Source: Candidatus Woesearchaeota archaeon (GTDB lineage: Archaea > Nanobdellota > Nanobdellia > Pacearchaeales > GW2011-AR1). From it: a stretch of DNA of 64,000 bases. The stretch is from contig CAZJEO010000001.1 in NCBI GenBank assembly GCA_964545065.1, forward strand, positions 53,338 through 117,337. Reading direction: 5' to 3'. This document shows, piece after piece, positions 43,219 through 53,852 of this stretch. Below the pieces are notes generated by a model. That model did no database searches, was not told where the DNA came from, and was given only the letters and a program-made list of their open reading frames with translations. Position 1 is the stretch's first letter, and every line of letters begins with the position of its first letter. Position numbers and translations under genes: made by a program.

Positions 43219-44108
43219 TTTAATTTCATCCTCAATAAATTATTTTTAGCTCCAAAGTGTCTTATGACTGATTCGGATTCTTTGAGAGCGAGAGCCAAAC
43301 TCTCTTCAATTGTTTTGTTAGCTATCTGGCCTGCAACAAACCCTGAAGCAAAGGCATCACCTGCTCCTGTTCGTTCTACTACTTTTATTTTGTGCGGTAG
43401 AAGAGAATATTTTTTCTTTCCGTCATAAGCTTGGATTTTTTTATTCTTATCTGTGATAACCACGATTCCTTTAGTAAGTTCATGTAATCTCTCAAGAAGA
43501 TTTTGTTTTTTCTTCGTAAGCATTTCTGCTTCTTGTTTGTTTAAGATTAGGATGTCAGATAACTTGAGTAAAGGGGAAATGTTTTTTGATTTGATTAAAT
43601 AACTACTTGGATTAAATGCAAATTTTGTTCCTTGTTTTTTTAAGGAGCGAACAAGTTTTATCTGAGTCTGAAAACTTTGACCAAGTAATGAAGAACAATA
43701 AAGCCATTTTGTTTTGAACTTTTTAATATCATTTAAACTTATATCGTCGTTAATTCCCTTGTATGTTAGTATTGTTCTGCTTTTTTCCTTGCTGTCAAGA
43801 ACAATTGAATATCCTGATTTTGCTTTTTTTTGTTTTCCAAGAAAGCTTATTCTTTCTTTTTTTAATAATTTTAAAATATTATTTTCATGCTCACCACTTC
43901 CGACTTTACAAATACAACCTGTTCTCAAACCAAATCTTGAAAATGCTACAGCTGTGTTTGTTCCTCCGCCTCCGATATCAAATTTCAAATCTTTTACTAA
44001 AATTTTAGCTCCAATAGGATAGCGGATAAAATTCTTTTTTTCGGGGAGGTCTGTGTCTACAAAAATATCTATGACTGCTGAACCGAAACTAACTATATCA
44101 AACCTCAT
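43215..44108 (-). CDS. PfkB-family carbohydrate kinase
   Basis: GGGGTNTAVAF and TGAGDAFASGFVAG. Confidence 0.85.
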   Translation of the reverse strand: MRFDIVSFGSAVIDIFVDTDLPEKKNFIRYPIGAKILVKDLKFDIGGGGTNTAVAFSRFGLRTGCICKVGSGEHENNILKLLKKERISFLGKQKKAKSGYSIVLDSKEKSRTILTYKGINDDISLNDIKKFKTKWLYCSSLLGQSFQTQIKLVRSLKKQGTKFAFNPSSYLIKSKNISPLLKLSDILILNKQEAEMLTKKKQNLLERLHELTKGIVVITDKNKKIQAYDGKKKYSLLPHKIKVVERTGAGDAFASGFVAGQIANKTIEESLALALKESESVIRHFGAKNNLLRMKLK

Positions 44109-44220
44109 TTTCTTAATTTAATTAACAAACACAAACTTAAAAACCTAATGAGTGGTGAGTTGAAGGAGAATTTATAAAGTTAAAAATCCTGAAGTGAGTA
44201 GAAAATGAAAAGAGGGTCAT

Positions 44221-46431
44221 ATGAATCGTGATGAAGATTCAAAAGTATGTTGCTTTTTGGGCAACTTTCCGCCGAGAGAATGTGGAATAGCTACATTCAC
44301 AAGAGATCTCACCTATGCAATGAACAGGAAATTCAATCCCAAATTAAAGTCGCGAATTGTTGCATTGAATGAAGAAGGTTCTTTTTATAATTATAATAAC
44401 AAAGTAATTATGCAATTTAATAAAGATAATATTGAAGAGTACATAGATTATGCGAAGAAAATTAATCGGTTAAAAAATATTAAGATTGTGTGTATCCAGC
44501 ATGAGTTCGGCATATTTGGGGGAGAGTATGGAAATTATATCATTCCTTTTTTAGAAACAATTGAAAAACCAGTTGCAATAACATTTCATAGTGTGCTTCC
44601 AGATCCAGATCCTATAAGAAAAAGAATTGTGCATCACATATGTTCTAAGTGCGATGCTATCATTGTAATGGCAAAAAAAGCAGTTGAAATACTGAAAGAA
44701 GATTATGGAGTAGATGGGGATAAAATCCATGTTGTTTATCACGGAATCCCGAATGCCCCGTTTCAAAATTCTGAAATAAGCAAAAAAAATCTTAACCTTA
44801 GTGGAAAAATAGTTCTTTCAACTTTTGGTTTGTTGAGTAGAGGCAAGGGACAAGAATATATGATTGAAGCGCTCCCAAAATTAGTCGAAAAATATCCTAA
44901 TATTCTTTATTTGATTATCGGGGAAACTCATCCAAACATAAGAAGAGAAGAGGGGGAGTCTTACAGAAATGAGCTTATGAAAAAAGTTAAGAAACTTAAA
45001 TTGGAAAACAATGTGAAATTTTACAACAAATATTTGCCCCAACAAGAGATAATAAATTATCTTTTGGCAACAGATATTTATGTTTGTACAAATCTAGATC
45101 CTAACCAGATAGTTTCTGGAACACTTTCTTATGCTATGGGGTGTGGTAAGGCTGTTGTTTCAACCCCGATTATATACGCAAAAGAAATCCTAGCAGAGAA
45201 CAGGGGGGTCGTAGTCAAATCTAAAAATCCAAAATCTTATGCAGATGCTATTGATGAGATTCTTTCAGATAAAGAATATAAAGAATCACTCGAGGGGAAT
45301 GCGTATACATTTAGTAGAGCAATGGTTTGGTCAAATGTGGCTGCACATTATTTGTCAATCTTCAATCAGATTGTTTCATTGAGAGAAGAAACTGTCAAAA
45401 AATTCCCTCCAATAAAATTAAATCACTTGAAGAATCTAACAGATGATTTTGGGGTTTTGCAATTCGCAAAAATAATTGAACCAGATAAAACCTCAGGATA
45501 TACGATTGATGATAATTCCAGAGCACTGATAACAACTATCCTTCATAACAAGCTTTTCAAATCAAAACAGTCATTAGATTTATCCAGAATTTATTTAGAT
45601 TTTCTAGAATATGCTAGAGACGAAAGTGGTTGGTTTAATAATGTCATAAAAGACGGGAAAATGATTGATGACAGCGAAGATGCTTTTGGAAGAGCACTAT
45701 GGGCATTGGGTTTTTTGATTGATAAATGTGGGGATGAAAAACATCTTGAGAAAAGCAAAAGAATTTTTGAAGAATCTATGGAACATCTTGATAAAGTTAA
45801 TTCTCCAAGGTCCAAGGCTTTTTGTTTAATGGGATTGTATTATTACCACAAGAAATATCCAAATGATGAAAATTTGGAAAAGATAAAAAACCTGACAAAT
45901 TTTCTGGTGGAATTATATGAAGAAGAATCTTCTGATACTTGGCATTGGTTTGAGAATCAAGTTACTTATTCGAATTCAAAACTTTCAGAAGCATTATTTT
46001 TAGCGTATGAACTTACTAAAGACGAGAAGTATCTTGAAGTCGCTAAAAAGACCTTGGATTTTTTATCTGATATCTTGTTTATCGACGGTAAACTTTCTCC
46101 CATAGGACAGAATGGGTGGTATAACAAAAATGGAAAGAGGGCCTTTTATGATCAGCAACCAGTAGATGCTTCTGAAATGGTTCAGACATATTTGATTGCT
46201 TATCACATAACTAAAGATCCAAAATATTATGATAATGCTATTCTTGCATTTAATTGGTTTTTGGGAAAGAATCATTTGAATCAGATGGTATATGATGAGA
46301 GGACTGGAGGATGTTATGATGGTGTTGCAAGAGAATCTGTAAACTTAAACCAGGGTGCAGAGTCAACTATCTCTTATCTTACGGCTAGACTTTTTCTAGA
46401 AGCAGTTAACAGAAATGAAGAGCTGATTTAG
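44221..46431 (+). CDS. GT4 glycosyltransferase fused to a C-terminal alpha-helical (six-hairpin-like) domain
   Basis: The N-terminal ~380 aa have GT4 features (GIATFTRDL, sugar-donor half). The C-terminal ~350 aa are helical repeats with W/Y-rich turns (WHWFENQVTYSNSKLSEAL). Confidence 0.65.
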   Translation: MNRDEDSKVCCFLGNFPPRECGIATFTRDLTYAMNRKFNPKLKSRIVALNEEGSFYNYNNKVIMQFNKDNIEEYIDYAKKINRLKNIKIVCIQHEFGIFGGEYGNYIIPFLETIEKPVAITFHSVLPDPDPIRKRIVHHICSKCDAIIVMAKKAVEILKEDYGVDGDKIHVVYHGIPNAPFQNSEISKKNLNLSGKIVLSTFGLLSRGKGQEYMIEALPKLVEKYPNILYLIIGETHPNIRREEGESYRNELMKKVKKLKLENNVKFYNKYLPQQEIINYLLATDIYVCTNLDPNQIVSGTLSYAMGCGKAVVSTPIIYAKEILAENRGVVVKSKNPKSYADAIDEILSDKEYKESLEGNAYTFSRAMVWSNVAAHYLSIFNQIVSLREETVKKFPPIKLNHLKNLTDDFGVLQFAKIIEPDKTSGYTIDDNSRALITTILHNKLFKSKQSLDLSRIYLDFLEYARDESGWFNNVIKDGKMIDDSEDAFGRALWALGFLIDKCGDEKHLEKSKRIFEESMEHLDKVNSPRSKAFCLMGLYYYHKKYPNDENLEKIKNLTNFLVELYEEESSDTWHWFENQVTYSNSKLSEALFLAYELTKDEKYLEVAKKTLDFLSDILFIDGKLSPIGQNGWYNKNGKRAFYDQQPVDASEMVQTYLIAYHITKDPKYYDNAILAFNWFLGKNHLNQMVYDERTGGCYDGVARESVNLNQGAESTISYLTARLFLEAVNRNEELI

Positions 46432-46434
46432 CAA

Positions 46435-47019
46435 ATGGTGAAAATAAAAAAGGTCTTGGTGATTGTTGCTCATCCTGATGATGAAACTATTTGGATGGGA
46501 GGAACTTTAATTAAGAACAAAAAGTGGAAAACCGAAATTATAAGTCTATGCAGGAGAGACGACGAAGATAGATCTCCTAAATTTAAAAAAGTGTGTGAAA
46601 TTCTTGGGGCGAAAAATTACATGTCTGATTTGGAAGATGAGAAATTAAGAGATATATCTGTTGGAGAGATTATAAAAAGAATTAGGAAATTTACCGACGG
46701 AAAATATTATGATTATGTCTTCACACATGGGGAGAGTGGTGAATATGGACATAAGAGACATTTTGATGTAAGTAAGGCTGTGGTTCAAATGGTAAAAGAA
46801 AAACAATTAGCAGCAAAAGATATTTTTTTCTTTTCGTATCTTAGAGAAGGCGTGTTATGCAAACCCAACCCGAGTGCAGATAAAATTATAAAGTTTGATG
46901 AAAATATCTTAAACATGAAAAGAGAATTAATTAAAGATGTGTATGGCTTTGGCGAAGAAAGTTTTGAATTCAAATCAACAGAAAAAATAAATGTTGAATC
47001 TTTTGATAGATTAAAATGA
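46435..47019 (+). CDS. PIG-L/LmbE-family deacetylase
   Basis: VIVAHPDDETIWMGG and HGESGEYGHKRH. Confidence 0.85.
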   Translation: MVKIKKVLVIVAHPDDETIWMGGTLIKNKKWKTEIISLCRRDDEDRSPKFKKVCEILGAKNYMSDLEDEKLRDISVGEIIKRIRKFTDGKYYDYVFTHGESGEYGHKRHFDVSKAVVQMVKEKQLAAKDIFFFSYLREGVLCKPNPSADKIIKFDENILNMKRELIKDVYGFGEESFEFKSTEKINVESFDRLK

Positions 47020-48155
47020 AGTTCTTGGTTTTATTTCCGTATCCAACAGAGCCAGATGGACAGAGTTTGCAAGGAGAGGCTCTTTACAAAGGAATTTTAG
47101 AACAAGGTCATCAAGCAACACCGTGCCATTTTAGAGGCAGTATGCAAAAAACATTTTATATGAAAAATTCAAAACCAGATGTTGTTTATGGTATTGGATT
47201 TTGGGGGAATGTTCCAGAAGTTGTGCAAGAACCTCAAGAATATGGGTTAACTGTTGTACCATGGTTTAATGCTGATGGTTGGGTAGCTAATTATCAAGAA
47301 GAATTTGAAAAACTTCCTTTGATGTTCACCACAAGCGAATGGGTGAGATCAATTTACAAAAGAGATGGGGTGGATGTAAGTAAAATAATTCCTATGCCTG
47401 TTGGAATTGATACAGATTTATTTAAGCCTTTGAATAATCATAATTTTGATAAAGATATTAAAGAGATGCTTGGGATTAAAAAAGAAGAAAAAATGATTCT
47501 GACTGTGGGGGGAGATGTTACGTCAAAAGGTGCTCAGGAAATGTTTAAGGCTCTTGCTAATGTTGACAAGGAGTTCAAGGACTGGAAGTATGTATGCAAA
47601 ATCTGGCCGAGCAGATGTTCGAATGAATGGAGAAAATTTGAAGAAGAGTTGATAAATGATTTGGGAATACAGGACAAGGTTATTTTTGTGGAGGATACTT
47701 TCTCACATGAATTCATGGTTCATCTTTTAAATGCGTGTGATATTTATGCTGCTCCTTCGAGAATTGAGGGTTTTGGGATGATACAAGTTGAAGCAATGGC
47801 TTGTGCTAAGCCCGTCATATCAATAAATAAAATGGGTCCAGCAGAAACAATAATCCATAATAAAACAGGTTTTTTAGCAAAAGCTTCAGAAGAGGTTAAG
47901 CTTGAAAGGGAATGGGTTTATCCTAGCATGGGATTTGATGAGAAAAAAATTGTGGAGTTTAATTCTCCGAAGACTTTTGCATACAGGGCAGATGTAAATG
48001 ACTTAACTAAATTTACATTGGACTTGTTGACTAATTCTGAATTATGTGAAACAATTGGTAAACAAGGGCGAGAGCATGCGGTTAAAAACTTTGATTATAA
48101 AATAACTTCAAAAAAGATGGTTGATGTTACAAAAGAAAAACTTGGGCTTGATTAG
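47016..48155 (+). CDS. glycosyltransferase family 4
   Basis: IEGFGMIQVEAMACAKPVIS...TGFL. Confidence 0.8.
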   Translation: MKFLVLFPYPTEPDGQSLQGEALYKGILEQGHQATPCHFRGSMQKTFYMKNSKPDVVYGIGFWGNVPEVVQEPQEYGLTVVPWFNADGWVANYQEEFEKLPLMFTTSEWVRSIYKRDGVDVSKIIPMPVGIDTDLFKPLNNHNFDKDIKEMLGIKKEEKMILTVGGDVTSKGAQEMFKALANVDKEFKDWKYVCKIWPSRCSNEWRKFEEELINDLGIQDKVIFVEDTFSHEFMVHLLNACDIYAAPSRIEGFGMIQVEAMACAKPVISINKMGPAETIIHNKTGFLAKASEEVKLEREWVYPSMGFDEKKIVEFNSPKTFAYRADVNDLTKFTLDLLTNSELCETIGKQGREHAVKNFDYKITSKKMVDVTKEKLGLD

Positions 48156-49942
48156 ATTAAAACTTTTTTCTTTTTCAAACTTTGGTATGCCATCATATAC
48201 ATGCCAGCGTCCCATGCTTGTAACATGCCGTGGCTCTCTTTTGTTAAAGGGTTTATCCATTCAGGAAAGGAATTTCCTTTTAGATTAGATTCTGCTAATT
48301 TTCGTAATTCTTTTTCAGCTTCCTTAAATTTTTTAATTTTTATTAAAGCGAGAACGTAAAATCCCCCAATGTATGGCCAAATTCCTGCATTCGCATAATG
48401 ATAAGGTTTTCCAGCATCACAATCTAAATAATAATCTTGCCAATATTTTTCTCCTTTTCTTATTGGGGGGTAAATTGATTTAACAGGGTAAGGTTTGTTA
48501 ATGTTATTTTTCCTAATGTGGGAGAGAATCTTTTTGGATTTTTTATTATCAGCTAATTCGAAAACAATAGAAAGTAAATTTCCTAAAGAATCAAACCATT
48601 CTCCGATTTCTTTGTACTTGTTATGGTTTTTCCATCTGTAAGCATAATAAAAATTTCCATTCCATAATTCATAATCATTTTTTTTATTTACCGCGCTTTT
48701 TAATTTTTCTGCTTTTTTCTTATCTTTGATTAAATTTAGAACTAAATAATAGAGGGCTTGTGTGTTTATTGTCCTTCCATATTTATGTGGGAAAGCATCT
48801 TGCCAATCTGTAGTTGGAAGTTGCTCTAACATGATATCTTCTCCCATATCTTGATAACTTAACCAGGTAATTGCTTTTGTGATTGATTTTTTATATTTTG
48901 CGAATAAATCCCCACCATATCTTTTTTTGTAAATATGGTGTCCGATGATAAACCACAGACTTGAATCAATTGAGAGATAGTCTACTTTTGGTTTTTTGTC
49001 TAAGTTATAAACCGCGTTAGGTATCTGGCCTTTTTCACTTTGATATTTAGCAAGAGTCGTTAAACTTTTTTTAAATTGTTCTTTAATAGAAGGGTCTTTC
49101 TCTAAACTTGCTCCGATAAGTGAAATCATACTATCTCTTGACCAAACACCGCGATATCCTTGCTTGCCGCCAGAAGCATACAATCCATATTTTGTTGAGC
49201 ACTCTTTGATTACTTCTTTTGCTTTTTCATATGCTTGTTCTAAAATATCTCCCCCCACCTTATATGATTTTTTTAATAAACAACCTGCTTTATTATCTAT
49301 TATTACTGTCAAGTTTTTATGTCTTTTTAAAAAACTGACTGGGCAATTCTTGTTAGCGTCGTCGTCTAGCAAACATTTTATGGCTTTTGATTTTGCTTTT
49401 CCAGATGCTAAGAGGATTAATTTCTTTGCAGACATTATTGTTGAAATTCCCATGGTCAATGCTTTTTTTTGATTTACTGTTACTATTCTTGTCTTAGAGT
49501 TTAGACTAGAACCTGGCTCATTAAAAGCTATGTGTCCGTTAACTCCAACACCCAATATTTGAACATCAATTTTATTTTTCTTAATTTTAGTTTCATAATC
49601 CTTGCTTTCTTTTTCAGGATTTTTTGCTTCACCATTTAGGAGATTGATATTACTCTTTTTGATATTGATATTGTTGAATAAATTATTGAACAAATAATAG
49701 TTGTAGCTTTTTTTATCTGTTTTCTTTATCAGATAGTATTCGTCAAGGTTAAAGGCTTTAACTTTTGAAAAATTAATTTTCTTTTTCTTGTATGCTTTTA
49801 TTAATTCTTTATATAAACCTAAAGGAGTAGCTCCTGTTGCAAAACCGATTGTAAGGTTTGGCTTTTCTAAAATTTCATCTATTAGGATTCTACTAGCTTT
49901 TTCTGATAACTCTTTATAATCTTTAACTTTGATAACATCCAT
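48152..49942 (-). CDS. fusion of a NagB-like sugar-phosphate deaminase/isomerase domain with a GDE_C/GH100-like (alpha/alpha)6 glycosidase domain
   Basis: The N-terminus has GFATGATPLGLY, NLDEYY and VNGHIAFNEPGS. The C-terminus has GVWSRDSMISLIGASL and W-rich helical repeats. Confidence 0.65.
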   Translation of the reverse strand: MDVIKVKDYKELSEKASRILIDEILEKPNLTIGFATGATPLGLYKELIKAYKKKKINFSKVKAFNLDEYYLIKKTDKKSYNYYLFNNLFNNINIKKSNINLLNGEAKNPEKESKDYETKIKKNKIDVQILGVGVNGHIAFNEPGSSLNSKTRIVTVNQKKALTMGISTIMSAKKLILLASGKAKSKAIKCLLDDDANKNCPVSFLKRHKNLTVIIDNKAGCLLKKSYKVGGDILEQAYEKAKEVIKECSTKYGLYASGGKQGYRGVWSRDSMISLIGASLEKDPSIKEQFKKSLTTLAKYQSEKGQIPNAVYNLDKKPKVDYLSIDSSLWFIIGHHIYKKRYGGDLFAKYKKSITKAITWLSYQDMGEDIMLEQLPTTDWQDAFPHKYGRTINTQALYYLVLNLIKDKKKAEKLKSAVNKKNDYELWNGNFYYAYRWKNHNKYKEIGEWFDSLGNLLSIVFELADNKKSKKILSHIRKNNINKPYPVKSIYPPIRKGEKYWQDYYLDCDAGKPYHYANAGIWPYIGGFYVLALIKIKKFKEAEKELRKLAESNLKGNSFPEWINPLTKESHGMLQAWDAGMYMMAYQSLKKKKVLI

Positions 49943-49944
49943 TT

Positions 49945-51078
49945 TTATTTTAGTGCTTCTAAACCAGGAAGTTTTTTTCCTGCAATATAATTAAGAAGGG
50001 CTCCTCCTGAAAGGCTGATGTGGTTGAATTTGGTTTTTGGGATTTTTGATTTTTCAATTGCGTCGCTGAGGTGCCCACCACCAATGATTGAGAATCCTTT
50101 GTTTTGTGCTATTGCTTTTAAAATTTCAAACGTGCCTTTTGCAAATTGTTTTTCTGAAGTAGCACCTGCTGGACCTTTCATGTAGATTGCTTTTGCATTT
50201 TTGATTTCTTTTTTGAAAAGCTCTTGAGTTTTTTCTCCAATGTCAAATATTTCATATTGGCTTGGGAATTGTTCTAGCAAAATTTCTTTTCTTTTGCCTT
50301 GAATTTTAACAGCAAAATCCAAAGGAGTTTGCACATTTTTTAATTTCTTTTTTAATTTCTTTAAAACACTTGAATAGGTTTTGATTTCTTTTTTTAGATA
50401 TTTATTTTGCTCTCCTAGATTTTTTCCTTTTGCAATAGTGCAAACCTGCCCGAATAAACCACAAGCAAGAACTTTATTCCCCTTTAGCAATATTAAATTG
50501 TCCTCTGGTTTTGCTCCTCCCAAAATATAAAGGCATTTTCTTAATTGAATTTTTTTTAATGCTGTGATTTCTTTTTCTAAAAGTCTGCCTGCACAACCTG
50601 GCATGTATTTTGGAAAGCTAACAATAGAGGTTTGCTCTCTGTGAGAAACAGAGAATGCATCATTAACATAGATTATGTCTTTGAAATTGAGAAAGAATTT
50701 GACAAGTTTGTTTTTTCCTGGATGAAACTCTTCTTTTAAGAATCTTAAATTTTCCAAGAGGATTGCATTTCCTGGTTTTAGATTTTGAATAGCGTTTGTT
50801 GCTTTTTTTCCAATAGTGTCTGGGATGAATTTTATTTTTGTATACTTATTTAATATTTTTGTATGTTGTTTAAGAGAAATAAAATCACTTTTGCCAGGCC
50901 TTCCTTGGTGGCCGATTATAATAACTTTTGCTTTTTTTCTTTTGAGTTCTGAAATTGTTTGTACAGATTCTTTAATTCTTTCAGAGAGAATGACTTTTTT
51001 GTTTTTAACATCTGAATCTAAATCTGCTCTCAAAAGAACTATTTTATTCTTGAAATCAAAATTCGAAAGAGTTTTCAT
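49945..51078 (-). CDS. pgk: phosphoglycerate kinase
   Basis: LLRADLDS, IGHQGRPG, NLRF, and GGGHLSDAI in place of GGGD. Confidence 0.8.
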   Translation of the reverse strand: MKTLSNFDFKNKIVLLRADLDSDVKNKKVILSERIKESVQTISELKRKKAKVIIIGHQGRPGKSDFISLKQHTKILNKYTKIKFIPDTIGKKATNAIQNLKPGNAILLENLRFLKEEFHPGKNKLVKFFLNFKDIIYVNDAFSVSHREQTSIVSFPKYMPGCAGRLLEKEITALKKIQLRKCLYILGGAKPEDNLILLKGNKVLACGLFGQVCTIAKGKNLGEQNKYLKKEIKTYSSVLKKLKKKLKNVQTPLDFAVKIQGKRKEILLEQFPSQYEIFDIGEKTQELFKKEIKNAKAIYMKGPAGATSEKQFAKGTFEILKAIAQNKGFSIIGGGHLSDAIEKSKIPKTKFNHISLSGGALLNYIAGKKLPGLEALK

Positions 51079-52001
51079 TTTTCCTTGAATTTATCAATGT
51101 AATTAAAAGCTGCCAAAGCTGCCTTACAGCCTTCTCCTACTGCTACAGCTATTTGTTTAGCTGGAATATCTGTAACATCTCCAGCCGCAAATACTCCTGA
51201 AACATTTGTCATGTTTTCTTTCTGAGTAATTGTGTTTCTAAAAATCATTATTTCCCCCCATTTATTTTTTTTGATAATCTTTGCGAAATCTGATCTTGAA
51301 ACAAGCCCAATCTCAATAAAAACAGAATCAAGCTTGAGTGTTTTTTCTTGTTTGTCAACTTCATATTTTATAGCATTAACAACCTTATTTCCAAGAATCT
51401 CTTTTGTTTTAGCATTTCCAATGAATGTAATTTTTTTATTTTGTATAACCTTGTCTCTTAAATAAGGTTCTCCTGCAATTTTTGGAGTTAAATCAAAAAG
51501 GTAAATCTTTTTTGCATATTTGCTCAAAACTAAAGAAGAGTCTAATCCAGAATTTCCACTTCCAATAACTGCCACTATTTTATCTTTGGTCAAGGGGGCA
51601 TCACATGTTGCGCAATAATGAACTCCTTTGTTTAAGAATTCTTTTTCTCCTGGGATATTGAGTTTTTTGGATTTTTTTCCAGAAGCAATTATGATTGTTT
51701 TTGTTTCATATATATTTTTTTTTGTTTGGACTGTAAGGATTTTGTGTTTTCTTCTTATATCCACCACTTCTCCTATTCTTGGTTTAATATTATAATCACC
51801 AATATGCTTTTGAAATTTCTTAACAACTTCTATTCCAGGTAAATCTGGTAAGCCAGGATAATTATCAACATCAGAACTCCAACTTATCTGGCCTCCGATG
51901 TCTAAACTTAATACTAAGAATTTTATTTTTCTTCTTGCAGCATAAATTGCAGCTGTCATTCCTGCTGGACCTGCTCCAATAATAATCAAATCATATAACA
52001 T
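51075..52001 (-). CDS. trxB: thioredoxin-disulfide reductase
   Basis: IIGAGPAGMTAAIYAAR, redox CATCDA, GSGNSG. Confidence 0.9.
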   Translation of the reverse strand: MLYDLIIIGAGPAGMTAAIYAARRKIKFLVLSLDIGGQISWSSDVDNYPGLPDLPGIEVVKKFQKHIGDYNIKPRIGEVVDIRRKHKILTVQTKKNIYETKTIIIASGKKSKKLNIPGEKEFLNKGVHYCATCDAPLTKDKIVAVIGSGNSGLDSSLVLSKYAKKIYLFDLTPKIAGEPYLRDKVIQNKKITFIGNAKTKEILGNKVVNAIKYEVDKQEKTLKLDSVFIEIGLVSRSDFAKIIKKNKWGEIMIFRNTITQKENMTNVSGVFAAGDVTDIPAKQIAVAVGEGCKAALAAFNYIDKFKEK

Positions 52002-52002
52002 T

Positions 52003-52983
52003 TTATTGTAATATTTTTAGTAGTTCAACCATTCTAGAGCTGTATCCATATTCATTATCATACCAACTTAGAACCTTGACCATGTTTCCTATGACTTGTG
52101 TTGAAGAGCCGTCAACAATTGAACTATTAGAATTCCCAATAATATCTGAAGAAACAATTTCATCTTCTGTATAAGCTAAAATTCCTTTTAGTTTTCCACT
52201 GGCAGCTTTTTTGAGAGTATTATTAATTTGTTTTGCAGTTGTTTTTTTATTAAGTTCAACAACAAAATCTACTATAGAACCACAAGCTACTGGAACTCTC
52301 ATAGCTAAACCATCTATTTTTCCTTTTAAGGATGGAAGAACTTTTGATGTTGCTGTTGTGGCTCCGGATGTTGTTGGAATTATGTTTCTTGCAGCAGCTC
52401 TTGATCTTCTTAATTTTTCATGAGGGACGTCTAAGATTTTTTGGTCATTTGTATAGGCGTGAACAGTTGTCATGAATCCTTTTTTGATTCCAAAAGAATC
52501 GTTTAAAATTTTAGCGAGCGGGGCTAAGCAATTGGTTGTGCATGAAGACATTGAGATAATTTTATCTGTTTTTTTTAATTTGCTTTCATTTACTCCTAAA
52601 ATTATCATGTTATCTGCATTATCGCTGTTGGCTGAAATAATTACTTTTTTTGCTCCGGCATTTAAATGTAATGCTGCTTTTTCTCTGTCACAGAAAAATC
52701 CTGTTGATTCTATTACTACATCCACCCCTAATTTTTTCCATGGAAGTTTTTCTGGGTTTTCTTCTGAAAGTATTTTTATTTTTTTTCCTGCTATTTTGAT
52801 AAAATCTTTTCCAGCTTCAACTTTTTTATCATAATTTCCATAAACAGAATCATACTTTATCAAATATGCAAGAGTCTTTGGATCTGTTAAATCGTTTATA
52901 GCCACAAAATTTATTCCTTTTTCAAGGCCAATTTTTAAAACCAATCTTCCAATTCTGCCTAATCCATTAATAGCTACTTTCAT
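52003..52983 (-). CDS. gap: glyceraldehyde-3-phosphate dehydrogenase, type I (bacterial/eukaryal type)
   Basis: INGLGRIGR, SCTTNCLAP, WYDNEYGYS. Confidence 0.9.
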   Translation of the reverse strand: MKVAINGLGRIGRLVLKIGLEKGINFVAINDLTDPKTLAYLIKYDSVYGNYDKKVEAGKDFIKIAGKKIKILSEENPEKLPWKKLGVDVVIESTGFFCDREKAALHLNAGAKKVIISANSDNADNMIILGVNESKLKKTDKIISMSSCTTNCLAPLAKILNDSFGIKKGFMTTVHAYTNDQKILDVPHEKLRRSRAAARNIIPTTSGATTATSKVLPSLKGKIDGLAMRVPVACGSIVDFVVELNKKTTAKQINNTLKKAASGKLKGILAYTEDEIVSSDIIGNSNSSIVDGSSTQVIGNMVKVLSWYDNEYGYSSRMVELLKILQ

Positions 52984-53036
52984 TTTATCCTCTTTTATAT
53001 TCTTTATAACGAGTGTGATTTAATAAAGTTTTCTAC

Positions 53037-53852
53037 CTATTTAATTAAGAGAGCTGCTCCAAGAATTCCAGGATGTTCTAAGGTTGTCCATTTAATTTCG
53101 GGTTTCTCTGGAATTATCGTATATTTTATTGCTTGCTTTTTTATCATGTTCAGAAAAACACTGCCTGTTTCTTTTACTCCTCCAGATATTACAATAATTT
53201 CTGGATCAAATACTGAAATTAAACTTGCAATTCCTTGTCCAAGACCAATACTAAGTTCTTTTAAGAATTTTTTAGCCCTAGGATTTTTCATTTTCAACAA
53301 ATCTTTAATTAGGGTTTTCTCACCAAACGCTTTTTTATATCTTTTTTTTATATCTTGCCAAACATCTTCAAAATCTCTTTCTTTATCAAGATGAATATGA
53401 CCTAATTCTCCTCCATATCCTTCACCTGTTTCAAGTTTTCCATCAAGTATTATTCCCCCTCCAATACCTGTGCCCAATGTTAATACAATGAAATTATTTT
53501 TCTTGCAACCAAATTTTGCTTCTGCTAGTGCAACACAACCCGCATCATTTTCTACTTCAACTCTTTTCTTAAATTTCTTTTTGAGAATTCTTTTTAGATT
53601 GAGTGTTTTAAATGGGAGATTTGGAGGATTTTTGATTATCCCATTTTTTAAGGGACCTGCACTTGCAACACCAATTGCTTTTACATCTTTTGTCATTAAT
53701 GATTCAATTGAAGAAAATAATTCTTGTACTAATGCCTTTTTGGTTTTTGGAGTTTCTTTTTTTATGTATTTTGTAATTTTATTATTTTTTACAATTCCAA
53801 CTCTCAAAAATGTTCCTCCCAAATCTACTGCAATAATTTTATTTCCTGCCAT
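53037..53852 (-). CDS. ROK-family glucokinase
   Basis: IAVDLGGT, LGTGIGGG, GELGH. Confidence 0.8.
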   Translation of the reverse strand: MAGNKIIAVDLGGTFLRVGIVKNNKITKYIKKETPKTKKALVQELFSSIESLMTKDVKAIGVASAGPLKNGIIKNPPNLPFKTLNLKRILKKKFKKRVEVENDAGCVALAEAKFGCKKNNFIVLTLGTGIGGGIILDGKLETGEGYGGELGHIHLDKERDFEDVWQDIKKRYKKAFGEKTLIKDLLKMKNPRAKKFLKELSIGLGQGIASLISVFDPEIIVISGGVKETGSVFLNMIKKQAIKYTIIPEKPEIKWTTLEHPGILGAALLIK

